NCBI RefSeq assembly: GCF_009914755.1
Contig: NC_060936.1
Strand: one strand, 5' to 3'
DNA length: 64,000 nucleotides
Source of the DNA: the human T2T-CHM13v2.0 reference genome, Homo sapiens
Below are positions 44,536 through 57,260 of the stretch, one piece after another (the first letter of the stretch is position 1; every line of letters starts with the position of its first letter). Below the pieces are notes generated by a model that was not told where the DNA came from, did no database searches, and was given only the letters and a program-made list of their open reading frames with translations. Both the position numbers and the translations under genes were made by a program.

Positions 44536-47500
44536 GAGGAAATAAGTAATCAATTACAGTATAGTATGGTAATTATACACATGTCCTATGAATAAGCAAT
44601 AGACCTACACCCAAGAAAATTAACATTTTTTCTTCAGTGGAGAGAAGGAAAGGTCAAAAACAATTCAGGAAGTTAGAAATGGTAGATCAGGGTTCAGGAA
44701 AATCCCCCTTGACTGTGCTGCTCTACTATGACCCTGAAAGTCCTCCATTTGGCAGGCAGCAGCCTACCTAGTCTCTGTGCCATCATTCACTCATTGAACA
44801 TCGTATATGTTGCAGGCATTGTTCAGGTGCTTGGGATACATCTGCAACTAACACAAACAAGGTTTCTTCTTTTAACCTCCCTGTAATGTGAATCTGAATA
44901 TGAAGACGTAGCTTCTTGAAATGTATTATTTCCTGCTTTATGCAGTGGGAGCAAGGGGCTGATGCATTTCCCAGTGGCTTGCGGGTAAGGAGACGGCAGC
45001 ACTCAGAGCTCCCTGGCTATGCTCATTAGGGAAGGCTCTGCCTGAGGAGTCCCTTAGTGGCAGTTCATATGATTACTAAAGATTATCTTTCTGAATCAAG
45101 ATTGCTCTTCTGAAGCATGTTTGGGGGGAGTTCCTTGCAGGTGCTTTATTTCTCTAGGAGTTTCATGTTAAATATATTTGATATTGATGTAACTATTGCA
45201 ACATAAATATTTTGCCTTAAAATAACAACCCTGGTTCCTTTTACATTTTTATAAAAAAAAAAAAGGATGACCCGATTTTATTTTCAAGGTAACAGGTGGA
45301 GGCTTCCAAATTTTCTACATGGGAGAAAGAAAAAGAACACCAAATGTTCTGTGCTTGCAGGAAAAACTCAAAGCATAGCTAATTCAAGCAATACCATTTG
45401 TTAATTTATCACAAGTGGGAGATACAAAGAGGACTTTTGAAATGAAGTCTAATAATTCCATATTAGGTGTGGTCCATGGTGCTGGCCATTTTTTACAGGT
45501 GAATTTTGTTCTTGTTCTTTGAAACTTGGTGGCTATTGAAAAGACTTTAGTGTTATTTTCCTATTAATTTAGACTCTAGGCTGCCTAATCTTATTGTTTC
45601 CAAAGTTGTAGAGGAAATTGTTGGCTCCCACTGGGAAAGAAAGGAAGACATTAGACGCTATCTTATAAAGGGAGCTGCATCTTCTTTTGAGATTCATGCA
45701 TAGAAATCAATTGGGTAGAGAGCAATTGCACGGGATGCTAACAATGGTAGAGATGTTACCAGTCATCATTCTAAGTCTTCACTGTCTCCAAGCCTACTAT
45801 GGTCCATACACACTATTTTTTCTCACTGTATTCTACATGCTGAGTGGACTGATCAAATTCAAGGAATAAACAGTCATTATTTATAGGGAACTTTTGGGAT
45901 GGACTCTTATAGGACATAGGGTAATTCTTTGACCCCCTGCCCCCCCGCACAAAAATCTACCTAAATAAATCTAAGTATCTTTTGTTTATAGGAAGATTCT
46001 TATGAACAGCAAGCAGACTTTTAAAAACAGAAAAATTTCACTGTAGTGTGGATGCTTTGGGGCTTATACCATGAAATAATAAAGTCTGTATAATGTACTC
46101 TTAATTATGAGTTCATTTCTATGACTTTTTATTTCTCTCTCACTTCTTATTTTATATAAGGTGATTAATTATAGATTGACAATGAAAGAAACACAGACTT
46201 ACATACCCACGGATTAAAGAAATCAGTCATTACATTTAATGGTGAGCCTAACAATGAGAGATGTGCTTCCCTTACGGTGTTTCTCGTTCAGGGTTAGTGT
46301 TAACTAGAATCCTGAGGGAAATTTGGCAAGGAGAACACTATTGAATTAAAACTTCCCTGAGTCTTAGTCCATTGAGCTTAGGAGCAAGAAAGAAAGCCAC
46401 ATTGGTCAGTGTGGAGAGGTGTTAATAAAAGCATCCTTTGCTGTTTATCATTTCGTGGCTGACAGGCCTCCAATTGCGGGCGCCTAGAGCCTTAGCCGTG
46501 GCCCCCAGGTCACAGGAGCATGCTGTGATCCAAGAGACGAGGCTGAGCAGCCTTCATGTGGCAAATGCAGCAGGGCAGAGGCAACAGGGAACATTAAATG
46601 CATTTGCCATTGGGTAGGCAGCGTGAAGAGAGCTTTCATGAAGGTTTTAAAGGAGCTGGCAAAAAAAAAAAAAAAATCACAGCTCCTCACAGACTTCCTC
46701 TCTGAGGAGATATCATGAAATAGATAAGGAGCCTCATTTGCAATAATTAGAGGCATAGTGTCCTCTATACATAAATGTTTTAGATTTCAGCCATGTAATG
46801 AGTTTGTTGTGAATATCAAGACTGAAGGAATGGGAGTGAATGGCTGCTCTGAATCCTGACACCAAAAAGATCTCAAAAGACAGTATAAGTGGTTCTGACA
46901 AGAAGACGGATTTCCAGGCCTTTTGAAAACCACATGAAATGAAGAAGAAAAAACCCATCCAAAGCATCACATTTTACAAACCACCACATGTGATGAGAGA
47001 CATAAATGCAGCAAAATAACATAGGTACAAATGTGGACACAGAGTCCAATCTAGGTCCAGGTGATGCACAGTTTCGTTAGAGAGAAACTATCTAAGATAC
47101 CTTGTCTTCTCCCCATGGCTTTCCCTGTGGAAAGTCTAAGAATTGTGACAAAGAAGTCTTTGCTTCTTTGGCTTTTTATGGAAATACAACTGAATTTGAT
47201 TCAAGAAGTCGAATCTTATCTTCAAAGTTCTGAATAGGTTAGATTTGAGCTATCTCTTTAGGGAAGAATAATAATGAAACCACCAAAGTTTTAGAAATTG
47301 TAAACTCATTGGGTATAGCTTTTCAGGCCCTGGAGACCTGTTATGTTGATGATTTTGAGTCAGGACAAAGAATGCCTGTGCTTGCACATAATTAAGTGTG
47401 CTTAGAATAACCACACCTTCTAGGCCTACAAACAAAAGCATCATCAACATCATATTAATTACTATTATTTTCATGTCTCTCAGAGCCCTGGATGGCAGTT

Positions 47501-47967
47501 TGCAAACCAGCGTCCTTGACTTTGCTTCCACATAGACATTAAAGCTTTCTGGTCAAAAGCCCTATCGTTATCACCCTGGAGAAAAACCTGTAGTTTGGCA
47601 ATATTGCTCAAGAAAAAATATTTTACCTCTTCATTATCAGGTCAACCAAATTTAGCATTTCAAGTGACCTTTACAGAAAACTATTTTAAATTGTGATAAT
47701 TGCACTTTGGTTGTCTGGAAAAAATCTATAATGTGCAAGTAGAACATTTGAATGTTGCATATATCACCTTATATTGGAATTTAAATGCATTATCGATTCC
47801 AATATTAGGGGCTAATAAATTCTATGAGTGGGTTAAGTGGCATTACATGTTCATTGATTCTCTAGAATCTTCAGCCAATATTGGAAAACATGGAACAGGT
47901 TTTACCCTTGACCTAGTATGATAATAAATTGAGGAGTTGTCCTAATACTTATAAATATTTAAAAATA

Positions 47968-48303
47968 CAGCAACAATCCATTATCCACAATTCCAAGGTC
48001 TCAAAATTTCTGAAAACTGTAACAACTGACTTGGTGGCAAAACTTAAACTAAGTTTCTGGCAGCGCAACCTAACACAACCTAGCCTTACTGACATAAGAA
48101 TATTTACAGTCTTTAATTTATTCAATGTAAACTTTAATAAATGTTTCTGTAGAAATATCAGGGTGCTTTATTACAGAGTACTGCATTGGAGTTGCCATGT
48201 AATAATATAAAGAACACTTACTCTTATATCTTTAAAACCCAAAAAGTTCTGAATCCCGAAATGTGTCTGGTCCCAAAGTTTTGTTGAGGAATTGTGGACT
48301 TCT
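47968..48303. mobile_element. MER46C-like Tigger relic
   Basis: Terminal motifs ACAATCCATTATCCACAATTCC / GGTCCCAAAGTTTTG...GGAATTGTGGAC. Confidence 0.65.
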
Positions 48304-48536
48304 TTAACCTGTGTGTTAGGCATGAATCTCAGGGCCCAAGCTATGCTATGCAAAAACATTCCTTTGGATGTTTCTTTTCAAACAACTTAAAGTTGAATCT
48401 GAGTCCCCCAAAGTCATGGCTGGAACACTCTGTCCCGTCTATGTAACCCCCAGTTGAAGAAGACATACCAGGTGCCCACAGATCAGGACAAGTTCTTCTA
48501 ATCTCCACTCCATCATAGTTGCCCCTTAGTTCTCCC

Positions 48537-48645
48537 TACAGTAACAAAATCATCCTGATTTGCCTAGAACTTTCCTAGTTTTAACAATGAAAGTCCTGTA
48601 TTCCATGAATTACCCCAGATAACATGGGACAGTTGTTCACTCCAG
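48537..48645 (+). mobile_element. MER81-like (hAT-Blackjack)
   Basis: TCATCCTGATTTGCCTAGAACTTTCCTAGTTTTAACAATGAAAGTCC...GGGACAGTTGTTCAC. Confidence 0.65.
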
Positions 48646-49679
48646 CCCTTCCCCAAGCCTGCCAGCGTTTTGCTGACTCTACCTTTTTGCTTGGGTCTTG
48701 CTCTTTTGAGGTACACCATGCAGTTTGGAGGTCTGTTGCTTCCTTGAGACACGGTAAGGAGTGGTTCCAATTTGGGGTGCTCACGGGATCCACAGATCTC
48801 TCCTTTCTTTCCTCTGCCTCCCCATCTCCTGATCTGCAAAAGACATGCACTTTCTCTCAGCCCCTCACCAAGACGTCTCCCATTGTCTTTCAGTGGGCTC
48901 ATTTTTACACAAACAACAGGAAGAACACTAAATTGAGATGGCATCTGCTTTCTTCCCAGCAAAAATACCTGAGGCACAGAAACCCAAAAAGCCTACTTAA
49001 AGTTGAGGAAGGGGAATACAAAGAGAACAAGCCCAAATTAATACATTAATAAACTGCCCAGCCACACATCGTCTGTTTTACAGAGGCTCCCTTCTTCATT
49101 AATTCGACAGATGGTGAAGCCTTTAGAGGGAGCACCTTTGTTCTCATAAACCCTTCTTTTGGACAATTACACTTCTTTAATTGTTGTATGCTTTACAACA
49201 CTCTTTCACATACATTATCTCATAGTAGGGAAAATATTATTATCCTCACATGTAGACGGAGAAAGAAATAAAGACCTGAAGGAGTGTAAATGATGTCATC
49301 ATCAGCACCCCTCAATCAGTATTTTTTGGCAACTCCATGCAAACAGTTTTTAAAAGTCTCAAAAGCCAAATATCACCATCCTGATAGCTGCTTTGGTTTC
49401 ATAAATTCAGAGGCTTTTTCTTTTTAAAGTCTTTTGAATGAGTCTCTAAGGATTGATATCCTCAAATAATATTTGCATTTGGCCCTGTATAGTGGATACA
49501 AAAACAAAAACAATCAACAAAAAAGAATACTGCTCTTTTACTCTTGTGAGGACAACAAAACCTTAAATGCATCTAGACACGAAAACATTTTCAACACACA
49601 GTTCATAGGAATGTCACCCAGATGCAGTAACTGAGAGACAAATGGGATTATTTGATTTGGAAGAAAGTGCATCGGTATT

Positions 49680-50228
49680 GTGATGGTAAGCCAGCCTCCT
49701 CCATTGCCACTTTGTTTCTTCCCAGCAGAATCACAAATTCATTTAGGTACCTACTCCACCCCATGAACCTCAGGAGAAGCTGAGTTCCAGGAGTGGATGT
49801 TATTGGTCTAAACCTAGCATTATCTCTTTTTTCCAAGAATTAGCCAGAAATTCCATGTCACCCATTCTGGTCAGTAGGATGGAAGAAACGATTTTCTGGA
49901 AGTTTCTGGAAAAGCTTTTACACACGTAAGACACAGAAATACAGTTTCTCTCTTCCAGCTGATGGGAGTGAAGATGCTAGTACTTCAAGCCCTCCTGGTA
50001 GCCATCCTAGATCCTGATGGACCTGCCTGAGATGGTATTGATGGGAGGATAGAGAGGAAGAAGTTCCCAGGTCATTGATAAAATCACTGGGCAACTGGGT
50101 CAGCCAATTCTGAAGCTTGTCTTACCTCTGGACTTTCTTTTATGTAATCTAACACTTGTCCTAATTATTTGAGCCAGATAGAGTTTGGTTTTCTGTTCCT
50201 TGCTGCCAAAAGCATCCTAACTGACACA
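49680..50228 (+). mobile_element. MLT1K/L-type solo LTR
   Basis: TACCTCTGGACTTT...TTTGAGCCAG...GGTTTTCTGTTCCTTGCTGCCAAAAGCATCCTAACTGACACA. Confidence 0.75.
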
Positions 50229-50335
50229 AAGAATTATTCCTCTTCCACATTTGTCTTCCTTTCACAGATGAAGAAATAGGGACCCAGAGAAGCCATATAA
50301 TGTATGCCAAGGTCACACAACCATGATTAAATGCC

Positions 50336-50630
50336 TTTTTTGTGTGTGAGATGGGGTTTCACTCTGTCACCCAGATTGGAGTCCAGTGGTGCAATCTCAG
50401 CTCACTGCAACCTCTGCCTCCCTGGCCCAAGCGACTCTCATGCCCCAGCCTCCTGAGTAGCTGGGACTACAGGCATGTGCCACCACACCCAACTAATTTT
50501 TGTATTTTTGTGTAGAAATGGGTTTTGGTCATGTTGCCCTGGCTGGTCTCGAACTCCTGAGCTCAGGCAATCCACCCACCTCAGCCTCCCAAAGTGCTGG
50601 GATTACAGGCGTGAGCCACTGCACCCAGTC
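50336..50630 (-). mobile_element. Alu (Jb/Sz-like)
   Basis: Antisense dimer; TSD TTAAATGCC. Confidence 0.93.
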
Positions 50631-51998
50631 TGTTTAAATGCCAACTTTATAAACCTAAGATTAGTTGTAAAGGAAATTTTAGAGATGGCTTTCAACATAA
50701 GTTGGGTAGCAGATTTATAACAAAGTTCTGGCTGACATTTAGAATAGTGATAAGCTGAGTAATAATATTCAACAGGGAATCTCAGATAACTTCAAGGGGC
50801 CTTTTGGAGTCCTGGTGTTTCAATCCAGAAATTCCTTATCCTCTCAGCATTACGTCTGCCAAGCCTACACACCAAGAAACCTGGCCCTGGGATGTTCTAG
50901 ACAACAAGAAGTTCCATTTAACCACATTCCTTTAAAGTCAAGGGCCAGACTTAGGAAGCCAGCTTCTTGCTTTCTCTCTTCAAGCCCCTACCCGGGTACT
51001 TCTAGAGTATGAGAATCAAGGTGCCCAGAAAACAGAAACCAGCAGCCCAAATTGGAGAGAATTTAGACCTTAAAATCTTCATGGGCTCAAAAATTTTCTC
51101 ATTAGTATCTGCCTTCTGATCATTACGGTCCCAGAAAATTCAAAACATGTCTTGCGGATCTGAAGCCACCCTGCATCTCCAGTGTTAGCGTAGCTCAATC
51201 CCCTTTTGTTTTCTACGTTCTTCTCCTTCTCTTCTACCGTCTTTGTCCACACCTCCCACATGTCCACCATATCCAGCCTGGGAAAGGTGCAGCCATGGCT
51301 GGGCACGGGAAGGAAAAGGAGGAGTGATGTGCCGTCCCCTCCCCGAAGTCTCAGCCCCAGGGTGGGGTATTATTCTACTTCCTAATCCTTACATTTCTGC
51401 AGTGGTTCCTGTCTCTAAAGTCTTCATGTCTCCCTCCACCATGTTTCTTGATGACACCAGAGTTTTATTTGAGAAACATGGAAAAACTGGCCAGTGAGCC
51501 CCTCAACCCCAAACCACACCCCCTTTGTGTGGCAGCACAATTAATACGAAGTCCCAGTGTTTGTGTCTGTAGCCTATATTGTTTGCCGTCTGCCTTTGGG
51601 AGAGGCAGACCTCCTTCAGGGTCTATCAGCGGCACTTTATTGTTTGTATCTTCTATTTAAATTTTTAATACGGATACATTGATAATTTTAATTAAAAATA
51701 ACTTTCTGCATTACTTCACAACCTGTTTCTTTTTTTTAGTTTGCGGTAATATGTTGAGAATAGTATGTGATACCTGTGGCAGGAGAGAGGAGTAGATTCC
51801 TTTTAAGGCAGTTAGAGGAACTCCTTGTTGTTCAGGCAAGCACCAAGGCAAGAAGCAGTGACAATTTTTCACTGACAGTGCCCCAAACTTGCCCTGCAAA
51901 GCTTAAAAGGAGACGCTGCTCTTTGAGGTCCACTGCTTGAATCCAAGGCATGTGCTATGCTTAGTGGAGTGTGTTTAGAGCTCCTTTTTCCAACATGC

Positions 51999-52031
<33 letters not shown>

Positions 52032-52794
52032 TGCTCATGCTACTTCTTGCTTTCTGTCTATTTCTTTCTTGCCCTTAGGCTTAAAAGTAAGCATGATGGA
52101 GAACAAGAGAGAAGGCGTGCCCTGGCAACCATTGCCAGGAAACAGATTTCACTGAAGTCATAAATTAGAAAGATAACCCACTTACCGGAGGTGGGTTCAT
52201 ATGCAATGCTGAAAAATCTGCCAGTATAGAGAATATTGCTACCTTTAGCTTCAGTTTTTTTAATCACTCATGTTTGATAATTATAAAGATGTTTAAAGAG
52301 GAAATCATGATGTATAATCCTATCACTGTGTAAGCTCTGCTGATACTTTTTCTCATATAAATGTTTTCTTATGTAAAAATAATAAATACACATGGTAAAA
52401 CAAAAATCAGACAGAAATATACAAAACAGAAAGTAAAAGTCTACTTAACATATGCTTCCTGCTTTCTTTATTTTTTAAGCTTAAATTTGCCAAAGGAGCT
52501 TCCTACTTTCAAAAACTTCTTTACACACACATATATAAATGTGTGTTCTTTTTTATTATTTATGTAAAAGAGATAATGCTGCTCACTTTTTTGGTCTTAT
52601 ATCTTTATTTTTCACTTTTTAGAAATCTACATCAATATTTTAATTCTGCTCTATGACTACATCATATTTTATTGAACCAATCTGCTTTGCAAATGAATTG
52701 GTGGATATTGTTGTCAATGAATGATTAAAGGACTTCAACACATTAGAATTAAAATGAAGCTATGAAATCACCTCAATTACCATTTATGAATTTA

Positions 52795-53280
52795 TTATCT
52801 CTACTTAACAAGTGTTTATTGAGCACCTAGTATATACCAGACATTTTCTTAGGTGCCAGGGATGTAAGCAGGATAATCATCTCTGAGTCAAATGGATCAT
52901 AGCCTAAGTGGAGGGAGATAGCTCAGCAAATCAATAATTACTGTCACTGCTGAGATATGAATAACAAAAAATGCTGTAGCCACTGAGATTAGAAGCCCAG
53001 TGTAAGCTAAAGTTAAAGGGTTAATGAGGAGAAAATCTTGAGCAAGCCACATGCGGGAAGGCTTGAAGACATGAAGTAGCACAATGTATTCATGGAGGTG
53101 CAAGAATTTGGGGGTGGTCAGAGCACAAGTTTCGTGAGGGAATCCAGCCTAGGCAACAGAGCAAGAGCCCATCTCTAAGGCCTTTAAGCTAGAGACAGAG
53201 GCTGGGGTCAAAGCCATACCACAAACTTTATCCCAAAAGCCATAGGGAGTCATTGAGGTTTTAAGTACTGTGGGGAGAAG
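52795..53280 (-). mobile_element. L2 fragment
   Basis: TTAACAAGTGTTTATTGAGCACCTAGTATATACCAGACA...AGGTGCCAGGGAT. Confidence 0.7.
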
Positions 53281-53419
53281 GGAAATGGGAGTGATGTGAT
53301 AATTTTTAAATAATTTAAGAAAAAAGCAAAAATTAAGGATTAAAATAGAAAAACTTCTGGCTACAAATTCACTCTCAGCATAGAGAAAGGAAATAAGAGC
53401 TAGATAAGAAAAATAAACG

Positions 53420-53714
53420 GGCTGCAGGTGCAGTGGCTTATGTCTGTAATCCCAGCATTTTGAGAGGCTGAGGTGGGAGGATCACTGTAGTTCAAGACCA
53501 GCCTGGGCAACAAGGTGAGACTCTGTCTCTATAAAAATAAAAATTAAAAAAATTAACTGAGCATGGTTGCTCATGCCTCTAGTCCTAGCTGCTTGAAAGG
53601 CTGAGATGGGAGAATCGCTTGAGCCCAGGAGTTTGAGATTATAGTGAGCTATGATTGCACCACTGCACTCCAGCCTGGGTAACAGAATGATGAAAACCCA
53701 TCTCTTAAAAAAAA
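53420..53714 (+). mobile_element. AluJ
   Basis: Dimeric Alu; GCTTGAGCCCAGGAGTTTGAG. Confidence 0.92.
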
Positions 53715-54063
53715 TGAAAGAAGGAAGGAAGAGAGAGAGAGAAAGAAAGGAAGGAAGGGAGAAAAGAAAGAAAGAAAGAGAGAGAGAGAAAGAAGGAAAA
53801 GAAAGAAAGAAAGAAAAAGAAAGACCAAGCAAGCAGGGAGGGAGGGAGGAAGAAAGGAAGGAGAAAAGAGAAAAGGAAGGAAGGAGAGAGAGAAAGAAAG
53901 AAGAAAGGAAAGAAAGAAAGAGAGAAAGAAAAGAAAAAGAGAAAAAGAAAGGAAGGAAGGAAGGAAGGAAGGAAGGAAGGAAGGAAGGAAGGAAGGACGG
54001 AAAGGGAAAAGAGAAAAGGAAGGAAGGGGAAAAAAGAAAAGAAAGAAAAGGAAGGAAGGAAGG
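53715..54063. repeat. Polypurine (GAAA/GGAA/GA) low-complexity tract continuing the Alu tail
   Basis: ~350 bp of almost pure A/G, including a long (GGAA)n run. Confidence 0.97.
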
Positions 54064-54289
54064 CAACAACAACAACAAAAACAGATTTCAAATGAAAAGT
54101 GAGTACGACAGGATACTGAGAGTATGAGCAAGATAACAAATTATTAAAGGATAGTTAAGAAAGGTAAATTAAATTTTTGATACAATATTCTAACTTAAAT
54201 CATTCTAATGAATTTAATTCTCAATAAATATACTTCATAAAATCCATCAGGTAAGATGATCTTTGGCAAAGAAAAACTAGGATCCTTCT

Positions 54290-54431
54290 GAGTGGTGCAC
54301 TGGAGCCAGCTAAATTGGTCATGGTAGGAGTATTTATACCATGGAAACTGGCCAACACACAAATCAGTTTTGGTTTTGCTTTTGTTTTCCCCCAGAGTGC
54401 CTGTTGTTAAACATTTGTCAGCACACTATTG
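54290..54431. mobile_element. MER63A-like (hAT-Blackjack), internally deleted
   Basis: AGTGGTGCACTGGAGCCAGCT...GGAGTATTTATACCATGGAAA...GTTGTTAAACATTTGTCAGCACAC. Confidence 0.75.
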
Positions 54432-55772
54432 AACCCTCCTTGAGTGAAGCAACTAGGAATCATTGAAAACATCCACAATTTAATTTCTTCCAGAGACACC
54501 AAACTGTTTCTATGCCTCCTCCCAATCCCCTCAAGTCCTAAAACCTATTTCATTGTCGAGATTATCAGCACATCAAAACATGTATTGTAAGTCACATCAT
54601 TACATTTGCAAGGAGATAAAGAAATTAAAAAGCATAAGCATAAAGACAGGTCCTATGACTCTTGTTGCCCAGCCCTGGTGAAGACTAAGAAGCTGATAAC
54701 TAGTGACAACTCTCCATTTTAACAGCCTGTTTCCCACAGGTGAAAGGGACCCATCATAGGCCTGCAGTGATTCTGATGACTCACAGGAAAGCAGTCCAGC
54801 TTGTTTGGCCAGTTCTTGGGTTATTGGACAGTCATTAATAGCTTTGGAGCTACTAAAGTCTCCTTTGGTGCCCTGAAGCTTCATTACTTCCATGAAATTC
54901 AGAGAGAGGTATTTATTTTACTGTTACCACTTTGGTATCATTTTATGTTTTCTCTTTCCAGAAACTTCTGTGCCAGAGCCAAAGTAATGGGACTGGATCT
55001 GTCTTTTTTTTTTTTTTTTAAGTGTTCATGATCATGCAACAGATACACCCACAACCAGTGAGTTTCAAAGCCAAAGGAAAACAACAGGCCTTTGATTAGG
55101 CTGTACCTACTCCAGTGCAGGAGAGCACCGCAGCAGCTGGGGGAGCCTGGCTTCACCACCTCTTTTCATTCTCCAGAGATGGGTGGAAAACAGTGTGTGG
55201 GTTGGAATTAAGGAATTGGGTTGACTAGCCCAAGGCTGGTTGGGAGCCTGCAGTTCAGAGAGAGATTATTGCTTTATTGGCTCTGGTAAAAAAAAAAAAA
55301 AAAAAATGTGACCATCTTACATCATCTCAGCAGGACTGAAAATTTCACATGATTATCAAAGTGCATGAAATGCTAGACAGATCCTTGAATGTGAGTGGAA
55401 AGGGAAAGGAGGGGTTGGTGGAGCAGAGGTAGATGCCCACTTTCTCACCAAAAAGAGCATCAGGACCTACTAATGGGTGCAGGAAAGTGAGTCAGATCTG
55501 GCCTTAAGGAAGTATCCTGAGTACCCACCAGTGCTCAGTTTCCTTATTGATATATCACTAGATACCAGCTACCATGACTTCTCTGCTCCTTTCCTGTCAA
55601 TGACCACCCAGCTGAACCCTGCTCAGAAAAACTCTCCTTGCTTCAAGAGGGATTGTGTGGGCTTAGCTCAGGTTCATGGAAACACCCTGCTTGTTTCTTT
55701 CCTGTGGAGTGGATGGTGAAAGGAGTTGTTAGCACCAGTCAGCTTTTTCTTATCAAGTAACTTCATTATTTC

Positions 55773-55884
55773 TAGGGCAGCCACATACCCTTGTTTGTCC
55801 CAGACAGAGGGGTTTCTGGGACGCAAGACTTTTACTGCTAAAATCAGGAAAGTTCCTGGCAAACGGGGATGAGAAGTCACCCTA
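55773..55884 (-). mobile_element. MER81-like (hAT-Blackjack)
   Basis: TAGGG...CACCCTA termini; GACTTTTACTGCTAAAATCAGGAAAGT. Confidence 0.75.
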
Positions 55885-55969
55885 ATTGTCACAGTATCTG
55901 ATGAGGTGCCAAATGAGTAAGGGAGACAGTCAACACTGATGAAGGTTGGAATTGGTAGCTGGGAGTTTT

Positions 55970-56150
55970 GTACAGTGCTGTGTATTTTACAATGCACTTT
56001 CACACACACTATCTCATTTTAATCTTATAACAAATTAAAGAAGGCAGAGGAGGTATTACTATTGCTTCATGTTGATGAAAAAATTGAGCCACAAAGATTA
56101 AGTGACTAGCTCAATGACACAGAGCTGGTTAGTAGCACAAAATTCGGGTG
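55970..56150 (-). mobile_element. MIR SINE
   Basis: GCACTTTCACAC...TATCTCATTTTAATCTT...GATTAAGTGACTAGCTCAATGACACAGAGC. Confidence 0.7.
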
Positions 56151-57099
56151 TTGCTTCCAACTCTCTGTGGAGTGAGATAGGGAGCAATTGATAGCTGGAG
56201 TCTGCGTTCTTTCTGCTGTACCATGTTGTCTCTCCAGTTATAGGGAGAATGGAATTCCTTTTTCTCTCATCACTTGCCTTTGTTTTTTCTTGTTATGATG
56301 CTCTGTTGTAGAGTGACAATCTTGCAGTGAAGAATAATTCAATGGAAATTCATAGCTTTGTCCCCAACCACCAACAACCAGGAAGCACAAATGCTCAGAC
56401 ATTAGCTGTGACTTCTACCCAAAGGCAAGGTAAAATGTCATTGCCAAGGATTACATTCAAATGACCTCTAATGTGGTTTTCTGATGGAGGGAAGAACTGA
56501 AGACAACACTAGTTCATCAGAAAATGCTGAGTGGAGAATTGCAGAGGTAGGGAGAAGAGAGAGCTGTGCATCTTAAGGCAAGATGACAGGCTCAGAAGTC
56601 AACAGCCTCAAGCAGAAGCATACAGGGTTCTGGGATGAGAAACATGACTCAGCATTTATCCTTTCCTATAAAACATAGCAGCGTGTTAAGGCTGCATTTG
56701 AAATTTTACACTAAGGCCAGTGATAATATCTAAATTACGGTCATGACATGCATAACTTGATATCAGGTAGACTAGAAATTCTTCCTAAAATTAGAGAAGT
56801 TACAACCAAACCCAAACCTATCATTTCTGTATCCAATGACAGTCACAAAAGTATGAATATCTATGAGGAATTATAATGAATCTAAAATTTCTCTGGCCAG
56901 TCCTATTTCTTTTAGAATGTCAAGCAGCATTTGATTTATGATAATGGCTCAGATTTTCAAGATTAAATTCATGTTGGTATACTGTCTTTTAAAGCATGAA
57001 AACCCATTTGCTACAGAATGATATAATCATAATCTGCACTATAAATGAAAAGGCTTTATGTTGGCAAAACAAATATCTCTGAGATGCAGTAGAGCGATA

Positions 57100-57260
57100 T
57101 GGTATACTGGTATGTATGGCGTGAAGAAAAGAGCTAGGGTTTTGCAATCAGCAGATTCAAGTTGAAATTCCAGTTGTGTTAGTGTGTGATGTTGGATGTT
57201 AAGTCTCAATTTTTTCATCTGTAAAATGTAAATCTTGTAGATTTGTTGTACTCTTAGATT
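57100..57260 (+). mobile_element. MIR SINE
   Basis: AAAAGAGCTAGGGTTTTGCAATCAG...TCTCAATTTTTTCATCTGTAAAATG. Confidence 0.65.

Noticed and set aside
52000-52029. Isolated A30 tract (also A29 at 59867-59895) as a solo poly(A) retro-insertion
   Set aside because: No convincing TSD; slippage expansion is sufficient.
53482-54139. Four long ORFs (144-198 aa) rich in K/E/R or F/L/S
   Set aside because: They are stop-free translations of the polypurine tract plus Alu sequence.
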